From the NCBI GenBank assembly GCA_040005235.1, contig JBDTZG010000002.1:160001-224000 (forward strand): a DNA stretch of 64,000 nucleotides, given 5' to 3'. Numbering within the stretch: position 1 is the stretch's first letter; each line of letters starts with the position of its first letter. The stretch comes from Acidobacteriota bacterium (lineage in GTDB: Bacteria > Acidobacteriota > Thermoanaerobaculia > Multivoradales > UBA5704). Shown here in pieces: positions 27,634 through 38,053 of this stretch. Below the pieces are notes generated by a model. That model worked only from the letters and a program-made list of their open reading frames with translations. It had not been told where the DNA came from and searched no databases. Both the position numbers and the translations under genes were made by a program.

Positions 27634-28203
27634 ATGAGCGTCGGTTTGATCTATATCTCTCTCCTCGCGTTGGGTGTCGTCTATGCCCTGATGACCGGGG
27701 TGTTCGGTTGGCTTTCCGACATGATCGGCGGGGGCGGGGTCCACGTCGACATCGGGGGGCACGACGTGGCGGGGCACCTCGATTCGGTCGATGCGAGCCA
27801 TTCGCATCCCGTTTCGGGGACCACGGCGGCGACGTTTGTTACGGGGTTTGGCGGTGGTGGCGTCATCGCTCATTACGTTCTGGGGCTCGGGGTGATTCCG
27901 GGCCTGTTGGTGGCTTCCGGGTCGGGTTTGGTGCTCGCGTTCGCCGCCTACCTGGCACTCGATTGGTTGTTCCAGCAGACCCAGGGGGGCAGCGAGTACA
28001 ACGTCTCCGAGACCACCGGCCGCGAGGCGGAGGTGATCACGGCGATCCCCACGGGCGGCATGGGCGAGGTCGCCTATCTGGTGCGCGGCCGGCGCGAGAA
28101 CTCTCCGGCGCGCGCCGTCGACGGTGCTGAGATTCCCAAGGGCCGGCTGGTCAAAATCGAAAAAACTCTCGGTAATACGCTCTACGTCCGGCCGCAAAGC
28201 TAG
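27634..28203 (+). CDS. NfeD-like membrane protein (flotillin partner)
   Basis: RBS GGAGGT; TM helices, His/Gly-rich linker, C-terminal OB-fold (GREAEVITAIP...GEV); immediately upstream of flotillin. Confidence 0.8.
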   Translation: MSVGLIYISLLALGVVYALMTGVFGWLSDMIGGGGVHVDIGGHDVAGHLDSVDASHSHPVSGTTAATFVTGFGGGGVIAHYVLGLGVIPGLLVASGSGLVLAFAAYLALDWLFQQTQGGSEYNVSETTGREAEVITAIPTGGMGEVAYLVRGRRENSPARAVDGAEIPKGRLVKIEKTLGNTLYVRPQS

Positions 28204-28224
28204 CGGTTCGAGGGAGATCCGTTC

Positions 28225-29691
28225 ATGGAAAAATACGGCACCGAAGCGGCGGTCTTCGTCTTCTTCGTCGTCCCGCTCGTCTTCTTCATCCTGCTGATCG
28301 CGATCGCCAAGCGCTACAAGAAGGTCGGCCCGAACGAGGTCATGATCATCTCGGGCCGCAAGCACAAGATGCAGAATGCAGACGGCTCGTCCGAGACCAC
28401 CGGTTTCCGCATCCGGACCGGCGGCGGTGCGTTCATCTTCCCGCTGCTGGAGCGCGTCGACCTGCTCTCGCTTCAGGTGATGACGCTCGACATCACGACC
28501 CCCGAGGTCTACACCAAGCCGGGCGTGCCGGTGGTGGTCGAAGCGGTCGCTCAGGTAAAGATCAAGGGCGACGAGGCGTCGATCCGCACCGCGGCCGAAC
28601 AGTGCCTCGGCAAGTCCATCCCCGAGATCAAGGACATCGCGCGCCAGACGGTGGAAGGGCACCTGCGGGCGATCATTGGCACGTTGACGGTTGAGGAGAT
28701 CTACCGCAATCGCGACCAGTTCGCCTCCTCGGTCCAGGAGGTCGCCGTCGCCGACCTTCAGAACATGGGCCTTCAGGTCGTCTCGTTCACGCTCAAGGAC
28801 ATCCGTGACACCCACGGCTACCTGGACGCTTTGGGCAAGCCGAAGATCGCCGAGATCAAGCGCGACGCGATCATCGCCCAGGCCGAGGCCGATCGGGACG
28901 CCAACATCAAATCCTCGCAGGCGCGCCAGCTCGGCGACGTCGCGAAGTTCGCCGCCGATACCCAGATCGCCGCGGCGCAGCGCGATTTCGAGACGCAGAA
29001 GGCGCAGTACGACGGGGCGGTGAACTTGAAGCGCGCCGAGGCCGACCTTGCCTACGACATCCAGAAAGCCAAGACCTCGCAGGAGCTGAAGAAGGAAGAG
29101 ATCCAGGTCTCGATCGTCGAGAAAGAGCAGCAGATCACGGTCCAGGAGCGCGAAATCCAGCGCCGCGAAAAAGAGCTGGAAGCGACCGTCAAACGCCAGG
29201 CGGACGCCGAGCGCTACAAGGTCGAAACGGAAGCCGCCGCGTTCCGCGCTCGCGTAGAGCAGGAAGCGAAAGGCCAGGCGGAAGCCACCCGCGCGAAGGG
29301 CCAGGCGCAGGCCGAGGTGTTGCGCGTCACCGGTACCGCGGAAGCCGAGATCATCGCTTTGAAGGGAACGGCCGAAGCCGAGGCGATGAAGAAGCGCGCC
29401 GACTCCTTCAAGGAGTACAACCAGGCCGCCGTTCTGCAGCTGCTGATCGCGTCGCTGCCCGAGATCGCCCGTGCGGTCGCCGAGCCGCTCGGCAAGACCG
29501 ACCGCATCACGCTCGTTTCGACCGGCGGCGAAGGGATCGGCGCCTCGAAGATCACCGGCGACATCGCCAAGGTGATCGCCGAGCTTCCCGCGGTGATCGA
29601 AGGGCTCTCCGGAATCGACCTGAGGAAGCTGATGGCGCAAATCCCGGCGCTTAAAAACGTCACTACCCAGAAGACGGACGGGGAGAGCTGA
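28225..29691 (+). CDS. Flotillin (SPFH domain + EA-rich coiled coil)
   Basis: YKKVGPNEVMIISG, EGHLRAIIG, GYLDALG, AEAE repeats, EPLGKTDRIT. Confidence 0.92.
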   Translation: MEKYGTEAAVFVFFVVPLVFFILLIAIAKRYKKVGPNEVMIISGRKHKMQNADGSSETTGFRIRTGGGAFIFPLLERVDLLSLQVMTLDITTPEVYTKPGVPVVVEAVAQVKIKGDEASIRTAAEQCLGKSIPEIKDIARQTVEGHLRAIIGTLTVEEIYRNRDQFASSVQEVAVADLQNMGLQVVSFTLKDIRDTHGYLDALGKPKIAEIKRDAIIAQAEADRDANIKSSQARQLGDVAKFAADTQIAAAQRDFETQKAQYDGAVNLKRAEADLAYDIQKAKTSQELKKEEIQVSIVEKEQQITVQEREIQRREKELEATVKRQADAERYKVETEAAAFRARVEQEAKGQAEATRAKGQAQAEVLRVTGTAEAEIIALKGTAEAEAMKKRADSFKEYNQAAVLQLLIASLPEIARAVAEPLGKTDRITLVSTGGEGIGASKITGDIAKVIAELPAVIEGLSGIDLRKLMAQIPALKNVTTQKTDGES

Positions 29692-29722
29692 CGCCAGCCC
29701 TCCCCGGAGTGAGGGGCTGGAC

Positions 29723-30775
29723 CTAGGCCCCCGCCGTGCCTTCGCGCGGCGTGGGGGCGATTCCGGAGATGCCGAGCTTCTCGCGCACCTTCAGCTCCAG
29801 CTCGGCGGCCAATTCCGGGTTCTCGCGGAGGAACTGCTTCGAGTTCTCTCGCCCCTGGCCGAGGCGGACATCACCGTAGCTGAACCAGGCGCCGCTTTTG
29901 ACCACCAGTTTGTGCTCGACGCCCAGGTCGATCAGCTCGCCCGCGCGCGAGATCCCCTCGCCGTAGTCGATGTCGAACTCGGCCTGGCGGAACGGCGCCG
30001 CCGTCTTGTTTTTGACGATTTTCACCTTGACCCGCGAGCCGGTCACGGTTTCGCCGTCTTTGATCGAGGCGATGCGCCGAATGTCCACCCGCACCGACGA
30101 GTAGAACTTCAGCGCCCGGCCGCCGGTCGTGGTCTCCGGGTTGCCGAACATGACGCCGATCTTTTCCCGGATCTGGTTGATGAAGATCAGGCAGGTGTTC
30201 GACTTGGCGACGATCGCCGTCAGCTTGCGCAGCGCCTGGGACATCAGGCGCGCCTGAAGGCCGACGTGAGAATCGCCCATCTCGCCTTCGAGCTCCGCCT
30301 TCGGCACGAGCGCCGCGACCGAGTCGACGACCACCACGTCGACGCTGTTGGAGCGCACCAGCATCTCGGTGATCTCCAGGGCCTGCTCGCCGTTGTCCGG
30401 CTGGGAGACCAGAAGGTTGTCGATGTCGACGCCCAGCTTCTTGGCGTACTCCGCATCCAGGGCGTGCTCGGCGTCGATGAACGCGGCGGTGCCGCCTTTT
30501 TTCTGCGCCTGGCCGACGACCGAGAGGGCGAGCGTCGTCTTGCCCGACGATTCCGGGCCGTAGACCTCGACCACCCGGCCGCGCGGGAAGCCGCCGATGC
30601 CGATCGCCCAATCGACTGCGATCGAGCCGGTCGGGATGGAATCGATCGCGAGCCCCTCCTTCGAGCCCAGGCGCATGATCGCGCCCTTGCCGAACTGGCG
30701 CTCGATCTGGGAGAGCGCTCCTTCTATGGCTTTCAGACGCTCCGCCGCTTTGACTTCCGGTTTGGCTTCGGACAT
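29723..30775 (-). CDS. recA: Recombinase A
   Basis: [47 protein letters not shown]. Confidence 0.99.
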   Translation of the reverse strand: MSEAKPEVKAAERLKAIEGALSQIERQFGKGAIMRLGSKEGLAIDSIPTGSIAVDWAIGIGGFPRGRVVEVYGPESSGKTTLALSVVGQAQKKGGTAAFIDAEHALDAEYAKKLGVDIDNLLVSQPDNGEQALEITEMLVRSNSVDVVVVDSVAALVPKAELEGEMGDSHVGLQARLMSQALRKLTAIVAKSNTCLIFINQIREKIGVMFGNPETTTGGRALKFYSSVRVDIRRIASIKDGETVTGSRVKVKIVKNKTAAPFRQAEFDIDYGEGISRAGELIDLGVEHKLVVKSGAWFSYGDVRLGQGRENSKQFLRENPELAAELELKVREKLGISGIAPTPREGTAGA

Positions 30776-30793
30776 GGGGGGACCTTGCTCCTC

Positions 30794-30808
30794 GTTCTCC
30801 GTGGGTTC
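30794..30808 (-). promoter_or_regulatory. Putative LexA (SOS) box GTTC-N7-GTTC upstream of recA
   Basis: gttc-tccgtgg-gttc directly beside the recA RBS; matches the LexA motif described for Alphaproteobacteria and Acidobacterium. Confidence 0.65.
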
Positions 30809-31004
30809 GAAACCTGGGCCGACCCGGGATCGGGAGGGCGCAGGGGTGGGCCGGAGGAAACCTGATCTTAAAAGACGTAAAACGAGTCGGCAATCTTGAC
30901 AATTGAGAGAATTTCTGCTCTGTTACCGCCTGCTGCGGAAAAAACAGGCGCCGTCGGCCTTCGTTCCCGCCCCTCTCCCCGAAGACTTTCCCCGCTCGCT
31001 CTAC

Positions 31005-31033
31005 TTGACAGCCTCCGCCTCCATCCCTAATAT
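31005..31033 (+). promoter_or_regulatory. Sigma70 promoter of the rplM-rpsI-rpsB operon
   Basis: TTGACA, 17-nt spacer, TAATAT. Confidence 0.75.
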
Positions 31034-31285
31034 CGGAGGTCCTTTGCCTGGCAAAGGCGGGGCTTTCGTTTGCCGAGCACCTCTCGGTGCTTGAGCCAAG
31101 CCCGCGAGCCGGGTATCCCAGAGCGCATCTTCGCTTCGTCGTTGCGGGCTGGTCTTTTGAAATAAGTGCTTTGGACATCGACCTTTGGGTATCGATACCG
31201 AATCTCGTAAGCTGAGCTCTTCGGCGGGTCGAGCATCGGGCCGTTTGAGTCGCCGTTTTGAATTCGGACCAAGCAGGGAGACGAG

Positions 31286-31729
31286 ATGAACAGGACCTAC
31301 AGCCCCAAGGCGTCCGAGATCGAACGCGGTTGGTGGGTGATCGACGCGGCCGGCGTGCCGCTCGGTCGCTTGTCGAGCGTGGTCGCCGGCCTGATCATGG
31401 GCAAGCACAAGCCGAATTTCGTTCCGCACCTCGACACCGGGGACTTTGTAGTCGTGATCAACGCCGAGAAGGCGGTGCTCACGGGGCGGAAAGAGCAGCA
31501 AAAGGTCTACTACCGGCACAGCGGATTCCCGGGCGGCATCAAGGCCGAGACCGCGGAGAAACTGCGCCAGCGCCGCCCCGAGCTGATGATCGAGCGGGCC
31601 GTCTGGGGCATGCTGCCGAAGAACAAGCTGGGCCGTCGCCTGAAGCTCAAGGTCAAGGTCTATGCAGGCGTCGATCATCCGCATCAGGCTCAGCAGCCCG
31701 CGGCTTTCGACGTGACGAAGGCCATCTAA
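31286..31729 (+). CDS. rplM: 50S ribosomal protein L13
   Basis: [42 protein letters not shown]. Confidence 0.98.
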   Translation: MNRTYSPKASEIERGWWVIDAAGVPLGRLSSVVAGLIMGKHKPNFVPHLDTGDFVVVINAEKAVLTGRKEQQKVYYRHSGFPGGIKAETAEKLRQRRPELMIERAVWGMLPKNKLGRRLKLKVKVYAGVDHPHQAQQPAAFDVTKAI

Positions 31730-31766
31730 GCGACCCCTTGTCGGCGAGCCAACAGGAGACGATTAC

Positions 31767-32159
31767 GTGAACGATCTGCATTACTACGGCACCGGCCGGC
31801 GCAAGACCTCGACGGCGAGGGTTTTCCTGCGCCTGGGTAGCGGCGAGGTGAAGGTCAACGAACGCACCTTGGACGACTACTTTCCGAACGAAGTCTTGAA
31901 AATGGTCATCAAGCAGCCCCTTCTGCTCACCGAGACGGCGGAGAAGTTCGACATCGTCGTGACGGTTTTGGGAGGCGGCAGCGCGGGCCAGGCGGGTGCG
32001 ATTCGCCACGGCATTTCGCGCGCCCTGCTCCTGTGGAACGGCGAGTTGCGCGATCGTCTCAAGTCGGCTGGCTTGTTGACCCGCGACTCGCGCAAGAAAG
32101 AACGCAAAAAGTACGGCCAGCGCGGCGCCCGCGCCCGGTTCCAGTTCAGCAAGCGCTAG
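31767..32159 (+). CDS. rpsI: 30S ribosomal protein S9
   Basis: [26 protein letters not shown]...QFSKR. Confidence 0.98.
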   Translation: MNDLHYYGTGRRKTSTARVFLRLGSGEVKVNERTLDDYFPNEVLKMVIKQPLLLTETAEKFDIVVTVLGGGSAGQAGAIRHGISRALLLWNGELRDRLKSAGLLTRDSRKKERKKYGQRGARARFQFSKR

Positions 32160-32173
32160 GTAAGGAGGGTCTC

Positions 32174-32953
32174 TTGGTCGGAGTCACCATGAAGGAGCTG
32201 CTGGAAGCTGGCGTCCACTTCGGACACCAGACCCGGCGGTGGAACCCGAAGATGAAGCCCTACATCTTCGGTAAGCGCAATGGCATCTATATCGTCGATC
32301 TGCAGAAGACTCTCAAGCTCTTCGAGCAGGCCGCCGAGTTCGTCCATGATCTTGCCAGCCAAGGCAAGCGCATCCTGTTCGTCGGCACGAAGCGCCAGGC
32401 GCAGGAGGCGATGGCCGAAGAGGCGGCTCGCTGCGGCGAGTTTTACGTCACCAACCGTTGGTTGGGCGGCACGCTCACCAACTTCGTCACCTTGCGCACC
32501 TCGATCACGAAGCTCAAGGAGATCGAGGCGCGTCTGAACGACCCGAGCGGCTCGCTGACGAAGAAAGAAAAGCTGCGCCTGGACCGCGAGCGTGACCGGA
32601 TGGCGAAGAACCTCGAAGGCATTCGCGACATGAGCGAGCTGCCGGACGCGCTTTTCGTCATCGACCCGAAGAAGGAAGACATCGCGATTTCCGAGGCGAT
32701 CAAACTGCGCATCCCGGTGATCGCGGTGGTCGATACGAACTGCGATCCCGAGCTGGTGGACTACATCATCCCGGGCAACGACGACGCGATCCGCGCCATC
32801 CGCCTGTTCGCTTCGCGCATCGCCGACTCCTATCTCGCGGGGTCCGGCAAGCTCGAGCGCGATCAGGAGATCCAGGCCAAGGACGCGCCGCTCCCGCCGA
32901 TCACGCCGCCGCCCAGTCAGGGCGCCGGTATGGAGAGCGCGCCCGCGGCTTAG
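32174..32953 (+). CDS. rpsB: 30S ribosomal protein S2
   Basis: RBS AAGGAGG before TTG 32174; [32 protein letters not shown]. Confidence 0.97.
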   Translation: MVGVTMKELLEAGVHFGHQTRRWNPKMKPYIFGKRNGIYIVDLQKTLKLFEQAAEFVHDLASQGKRILFVGTKRQAQEAMAEEAARCGEFYVTNRWLGGTLTNFVTLRTSITKLKEIEARLNDPSGSLTKKEKLRLDRERDRMAKNLEGIRDMSELPDALFVIDPKKEDIAISEAIKLRIPVIAVVDTNCDPELVDYIIPGNDDAIRAIRLFASRIADSYLAGSGKLERDQEIQAKDAPLPPITPPPSQGAGMESAPAA

Positions 32954-33201
32954 CCTGATCAGGGACTTGAAGACGGGTCGGGCTCTTCGGGGTCCGGCTG
33001 CGTCGACACCAGAAAAGGTCAGTCGATGGGTCTCCCTGGGCTGGCCTTTTCGCTTGTTGGAACCGTTCGATCCCGGGGAATCATCGACGGGAATCGATCG
33101 GCAGCGGTTTTAGTTCTCAGGTCTTCGGCGTGCGATTCGTTGGCCGCGCGCCGTCCTGCCCCGCAAGGATCGGGGCGGGCAATAGCGGAAGGAGTTTTGC
33201 G

Positions 33202-33855
33202 ATGGAAATCACGGCTCAGATGGTCAAAGAGCTCCGCGAGCGTAGCGGCGCGGGGATGATGGATTGCAAGGCGGCTCTCGTCGAGACGAAGGGCGATATC
33301 GAGACAGCGGTCGATACCCTGCGGAAGAAGGGGCTTGCCGCGGCCGACAAAAAGGCGGGACGCGTGGCGGCGGAAGGCGCGGTCGGTTCCTACATTCATG
33401 CCGGTGGCAAGCTCGGCGTATTGGTCGAAGTGAACTGCGAGACCGATTTCGTCGCGCGCACCGACCAATTTCAGGAGTTGGTCCGTGACATCGCGATGCA
33501 CATCGCCGCGGCCGAGCCGCGGTTCGTGCGGCGCGAAGAGGTCACGTCCGACGTTCTGGACCGTGAGCGGGCGATCTATCGCGAGCAGACCATCGCCGCG
33601 GGCAAGCCGGAAAAGATGCTCGACAAGATCGTCGATGGGAAGGTCGAGAAGTTCTACTCAGAGGCGGTGCTCTTGGAGCAGCCCTACGTGAAGAACCCCG
33701 ATCAGACGGTTGGCGAGCTGGTGGTCGAAAAGATCGCCAAGATCGGCGAGAACATCCAGATTCGCCGGTTCTCCCGCTTCCGCCTCGGCGAGGGGATCGA
33801 GAAGAAGAAGGAAGATTTTGCCGCCGAGGTCGCGGCAGTCGTCGGACCGAAGTGA
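33202..33855 (+). CDS. tsf: Elongation factor Ts (short form)
   Basis: [42 protein letters not shown]; 217 aa. Confidence 0.97.
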   Translation: MEITAQMVKELRERSGAGMMDCKAALVETKGDIETAVDTLRKKGLAAADKKAGRVAAEGAVGSYIHAGGKLGVLVEVNCETDFVARTDQFQELVRDIAMHIAAAEPRFVRREEVTSDVLDRERAIYREQTIAAGKPEKMLDKIVDGKVEKFYSEAVLLEQPYVKNPDQTVGELVVEKIAKIGENIQIRRFSRFRLGEGIEKKKEDFAAEVAAVVGPK

Positions 33856-34577
33856 GCGAGGAGCCCACGCCGGCCTATCGCCGGATCTTGCTCAAGATTT
33901 CCGGCGAGGCCCTGATGGGCGACAAGCCGTTCGGCTTGGATGAAACCGTCGTCGCCGACATCGCAGATCAGCTAGGGGAGGTGCATGCCCTCGGCGTTCA
34001 GATGGCGATCGTCGTCGGCGGCGGCAACATCATTCGGGGTCTGGCGGCCAGCCACCGGGGAATCGATCGGGTGACCGGCGATCACATGGGGATGCTGGCC
34101 ACCGTGATCAACGCGCTCGCACTCCAAGATGCGCTCGAAAAGCGGGGGGTCTCGACCCGGGTGCAGACCGCGATCGACATCCGCGAGATTGCCGAGCCGT
34201 ACATCCGGCGCCGGGCGATCCGTCATTTCGAGAAGGGCCGGGCGGTGATCTTCGGCGCCGGCACCGGCAATCCGTTTTTCACCACCGATAGTGCCGCGGC
34301 GCTCCGCGCGGCGGAAATCCACGCCGAAATCCTGCTCAAGGCGACCAAGGTCGACGGTCTTTATTCCGCCGATCCGGAGCTCGACCCTGAAGCGCGCCTG
34401 TTGCCGGAAGTGACCTACCAGGAGGTTTTGGAAAAGAATCTCCAGGTGATGGACGCGGCGGCGATCAGCCTGTGCCGGGAAAACCAGATCCCGATCGCGA
34501 TTTTCGATCTCGGAGTACCGGGTAACATTCGGCGGGTGATCTGCGGCGAGCGGATCGGGTCGGTCGTTCGCGACTAA
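33852..34577 (+). CDS. pyrH: UMP kinase
   Basis: [35 protein letters not shown]. Confidence 0.97.
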   Translation: MSEEPTPAYRRILLKISGEALMGDKPFGLDETVVADIADQLGEVHALGVQMAIVVGGGNIIRGLAASHRGIDRVTGDHMGMLATVINALALQDALEKRGVSTRVQTAIDIREIAEPYIRRRAIRHFEKGRAVIFGAGTGNPFFTTDSAAALRAAEIHAEILLKATKVDGLYSADPELDPEARLLPEVTYQEVLEKNLQVMDAAAISLCRENQIPIAIFDLGVPGNIRRVICGERIGSVVRD

Positions 34578-34587
34578 GGAGAATCCT

Positions 34588-35142
34588 ATGAAAGAGCTGT
34601 TCCTCGAAGTCGAGCTGCAAATGAAGCACGCGGTGGACCACCTCCACCATGAGTTCAAGCACCTCCGGACGGGGCGCGCCACGCTCCAGCTTCTCGACGG
34701 CGTGGTGGCCGAGTACTACGGCACCCCGACGCCGCTCAACCAGCTCGCCAACCTCCAGGTGGCGGACGCCGCCATGCTGATCGCTCAGCCCTACGACACG
34801 TCGCAGATCGCGGCGATCGAGCGGGCGATCATCAAGGCCGACTTGGGGTTGAATCCCAGCAACGACGGCAAGTTGATCCGCATCCCGGTTCCTCAACTCA
34901 CCGAGGACCGCCGCCGCGAGATCGTGAAGAAAGCTCACGACATGACAGAGCACGCCAAGACCGGAATCCGTCAGGCGCGGCGCGAGGGCAACGACAAGCT
35001 CAAGAAGATGGAGAAGGACCACGAGATCAGCCAGGACGACGAACGCCGGGGTTTGGACGAGGTCCAGAAGCTCCACGACCATTACATCGCCGAGGTGGGA
35101 ACGGCGTCCGCCAAAAAGGAGGCGCAGATCCTAGAGGTCTGA
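34588..35142 (+). CDS. frr: Ribosome recycling factor
   Basis: LRTGRA, YYGTPTPL, DLGLNPSNDG, LTEDRR. Confidence 0.97.
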   Translation: MKELFLEVELQMKHAVDHLHHEFKHLRTGRATLQLLDGVVAEYYGTPTPLNQLANLQVADAAMLIAQPYDTSQIAAIERAIIKADLGLNPSNDGKLIRIPVPQLTEDRRREIVKKAHDMTEHAKTGIRQARREGNDKLKKMEKDHEISQDDERRGLDEVQKLHDHYIAEVGTASAKKEAQILEV

Positions 35143-35255
35143 TGCCTGGAGACCCGGTAGTGGCTCAGTTTACCTCCTCGCTCCTTCGGGCGCCTTCGGC
35201 AGCGGCCAGTCGCTGCGGGGCAAACTGAGCCACTACCGCGAGCCCTGGTCCCCCC

Positions 35256-35984
35256 ATGTTTCTTTACGGCTTCCATCCGGTGCGTGAGGCGCTGCGGCAT
35301 CGGCCGCACGACGTCCTGCGCGTGCTGGTCGCCCGAGGGCGGGGGGGAGCGCGCCGCGACCAGGTGGCAGAGCTCTGCCTCCGGCACCAGATCGAAATCC
35401 GCGACGTGCCCGAGCACGAGCTATCGGTACTCGCCGGCCCGGCGCACAACGGTCTGGTGGCGGAGGTCCGCGAAGCGGAAGCGGTGGAGACCCCGTCGGC
35501 CGATCCGGACTTCCGGGTGCTGCTCGAAGACGTCCAGGACCCGCGGAACCTCGGCGCCGTCCTGCGCGTCTGCGAAGGGGCCGGGGTGGGTCAGGTGATG
35601 ATCCGCGACCGGGGAGCGGCGCCGATCTCACCCACCGTGGTCAAGACCTCCGCCGGGGCGAGCGAGTGGCTGGCGATCGAGCGGATCACCAACTCGGCGA
35701 TGGCCATCGCTCAGCTCAAAAAAGAGGGCTTCTGGATCTACGGCACCGACGCCCACGGCGATCCGCCCTGGGAGATCGACCTCACCGGCAAAGTCGTCAT
35801 CTGCCTGGGCGGCGAAGAAAACGGCCTCCGCGACCTCACCCGGAAGAACTGCGACCGCCTGATCGGCTTGCCGATGCGCGGTCACGTCGAATCGCTCAAC
35901 ATCGCGACCGCCACCGCGGCGGTCCTCTACGAAGCGGTCCGCCAGCGTCTCCGGGCCTTGCAGAGACCGCCCGCGAACAAGTAG
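35256..35984 (+). CDS. rlmB: 23S rRNA Gm2251 2'-O-methyltransferase (SpoU family)
   Basis: YGFHPVREAL, DPRNLGA, KTSAGA, GGEENGL, ESLNIA. Confidence 0.88.
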   Translation: MFLYGFHPVREALRHRPHDVLRVLVARGRGGARRDQVAELCLRHQIEIRDVPEHELSVLAGPAHNGLVAEVREAEAVETPSADPDFRVLLEDVQDPRNLGAVLRVCEGAGVGQVMIRDRGAAPISPTVVKTSAGASEWLAIERITNSAMAIAQLKKEGFWIYGTDAHGDPPWEIDLTGKVVICLGGEENGLRDLTRKNCDRLIGLPMRGHVESLNIATATAAVLYEAVRQRLRALQRPPANK

Positions 35985-36021
35985 ACTCCGCCCTCGCTCT
36001 TGGGGGAGACCCCAGGCGCCC

Positions 36022-36093
36022 GCCGGCATAGCTCAGCGGTAGAGCGCCTGTCTTGTAAACAGGGGGTCCCCGGTTCAAGCCCGGGTGCCGGCT
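36022..36093 (+). tRNA. tRNA-Thr(TGT)
   Basis: Acceptor stem GCCGGCA/TGCCGGC; anticodon arm CCTGT-CT-TGT-AA-ACAGG; T-loop GGTTCAAG; CCA not encoded. Confidence 0.95.
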
Positions 36094-36130
36094 CCCTAAG
36101 GTTCAAGGCGCAAGCAGCACGCAGTTCTTT

Positions 36131-36217
36131 GGAGGTGTGGCCGAGTGGACAATGGCAGCAGACTGTAAATCTGCCGGGCTTCGCCCTACCTAGGTTCGAA
36201 TCCTAGCGCCTCCACCA
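36131..36217 (+). tRNA. tRNA-Tyr(GTA)
   Basis: GGAGGTG...; anticodon arm GCAGA-CT-GTA-AA-TCTGC; long variable arm; GGTTCGAATCC; encoded CCA. Confidence 0.96.
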
Positions 36218-36372
36218 TTTTCACCCTAAGCCACCTGGAAAATTCGGACCTGGCACGATTAGGATCTTCACAAGGCGTGTCCCTCTAGATAACGTCGTCT
36301 TGGCGCGCGTCCAGAATTCCTGCTCACCGGCCTCATTAGGGCACCCATCGACGATCTGAAGGAGACCGCTAG

Positions 36373-36948
36373 ATGAGGATGACGGCGATCCCAAGCTGGA
36401 CTGATTCCGGTGTGCTGCCTCCTATCAATCCTGCATCTCCGACTTCTACGGATCGGTCTCCCTATGGGGTCTCGCTAACGGATTTGGTCCTGCGCTTCAA
36501 TACATCGCCCGAGCGACAGTCGATCCTTACGGGCCTCCTCAACTTTCGTAGCGCCTTGCACGCAGTCGGGTTAACTCATGGGTTCCAATGGTTGAACGGG
36601 AGTTTCTTGGAAAATATCGAGGCAGCTGAAAGCCGCGCCCCTCGAGATATCGACGTGGTGACCTTCTTCCACATGCCGGCAGGTCAGACGCAAGCGAGCC
36701 TTCTACAACTCGATGGGTCGCTGTTCGAGCCTCAGGGGGCGAAGAGACGGTTCCAGGTTGACGCGTATTTTGTGCAGTTGGATGGCGCCAAGCCCGAGCT
36801 ACTCGTGGACAACTCCATATACTGGTACAGCCTATGGTCCCATCGACGCAGTGGGGACTGGAAGGGCTATATCCACATCGATCTCACACCCAGCGACGAT
36901 CAAGCGGCGCGCGCCAACCTAATCAGCACCCAGGGGCAGGGAGGCTAG
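36373..36948 (+). CDS. DUF6932-like predicted nucleotidyltransferase
   Basis: RBS AAGGAG; GVLPP...RSPY; Pol-beta-type motif WLNGSF...PRDIDVVTF. Confidence 0.7.
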   Translation: MRMTAIPSWTDSGVLPPINPASPTSTDRSPYGVSLTDLVLRFNTSPERQSILTGLLNFRSALHAVGLTHGFQWLNGSFLENIEAAESRAPRDIDVVTFFHMPAGQTQASLLQLDGSLFEPQGAKRRFQVDAYFVQLDGAKPELLVDNSIYWYSLWSHRRSGDWKGYIHIDLTPSDDQAARANLISTQGQGG

Positions 36949-36950
36949 CC

Positions 36951-37862
36951 ATGAACCTACAAGATTACCGCCAGCTTCAAGCCGATCGTGGCGCGATCGA
37001 AAGTCTCCTGGCGGAGCTTCCTGAAGATCGAGAGATCGAACGGCTTGGCCTCCTTTCGAGGAAGCGAAAGATCGAAGAGATTCTCTCGGCGCAGCCGCCA
37101 CTTTCGCGCGAGCCCCTGCGTGCCCGCTTGACTTTCCGTGGCAAGCCGATCATCGGCAGTTACGGCATCTTTGCGGAGTTCGGCGCTACAGCTGTCAACG
37201 AGTTCTCCGAAGCTGTCGCCGCGCTGGGTGCCAGTCAGAGCGGCCCCCTTGGGGCGAGAGGAGTCTTGCCCGGTCGAGATGCATTCCGCATGCTCATCAC
37301 CGGCACGGCTTCCGGCTCGTTTGGTTTTCAGTTCGAAGAGGCGCCGGTCGATAACGCGATCCTCTTTCCTGAGAGTTCTCCGCTCGAGCCAGCCATCGAT
37401 CAAGCCAAAGCGATCATGCAAGCGTCGCTCGGAACGGACGACGAGCTGACCGAAGCATTGTCCGAGACGGATCCACGTGCTCTCGATGCGATTCGTAAGT
37501 TCCTGGATACCATGGAGAAGAGCGAAGCTGTCTGCGCGCTTGAGTTCAAGGGGGACGTATTTCGCTTTGCGGATGTCGAACAGCTTCGTAGAAGCAGGGC
37601 TCGCCTCGAGCAGGACAACATTCATGAGAGCGACGAGAATCTGGCTGGAAACTTCCTGGGCGTGCTTCCCAACCGTCGAACGTTCGAGTTTCGCGTCGCG
37701 GAAACCGACACACTCATCAGCGGGAAAGTTGGCAAAGAAATCGTGGACCCGGCTTCGATAAATCATGTGCTCGAGAATCGCGTCAACATCATGATTCACA
37801 GCCGTCGGGTAGGCGAGGGACGCCCTCAGTACGTTCTGCTCGCATACCAAAAAGATGCCTAG
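36951..37862 (+). CDS. Hypothetical protein (partner of the DUF6932-like gene)
   Basis: RBS GGAGG; starts 2 nt after the upstream stop; 303 aa; LTFRGKP...GI, GTASGSFGF motifs. Confidence 0.75.
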   Translation: MNLQDYRQLQADRGAIESLLAELPEDREIERLGLLSRKRKIEEILSAQPPLSREPLRARLTFRGKPIIGSYGIFAEFGATAVNEFSEAVAALGASQSGPLGARGVLPGRDAFRMLITGTASGSFGFQFEEAPVDNAILFPESSPLEPAIDQAKAIMQASLGTDDELTEALSETDPRALDAIRKFLDTMEKSEAVCALEFKGDVFRFADVEQLRRSRARLEQDNIHESDENLAGNFLGVLPNRRTFEFRVAETDTLISGKVGKEIVDPASINHVLENRVNIMIHSRRVGEGRPQYVLLAYQKDA

Positions 37863-37966
37863 GCTTGCTTGAATCCATCGGGCTCGAAGCGACCACCGAA
37901 GACTTCCCCGATTCAAGCCGGGGTGCCGGCTCCCTGGATTCCAAGCGCAGCAGCACGCAGTTCTTT

Positions 37967-38053
37967 GGAGGTGTGGCCGAGTGAACAATGGCAGCAAACT
38001 GTAAATCTGCCGGGCTTCGCCCTACCTAGGTTTGAATCCTAGCGCCTCCACCA
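37967..38053 (+). pseudogene. Degenerate copy of tRNA-Tyr(GTA)
   Basis: Three substitutions versus 36131-36217: D-loop GG>GA, anticodon stem GCAGA>GCAAA, T-loop TTC>TTT. Confidence 0.8.

Noticed and set aside
37967-38053. Second functional tRNA-Tyr
   Set aside because: Substitutions hit the conserved D-loop GG, the anticodon stem and the T-loop TTC; treated as an att remnant
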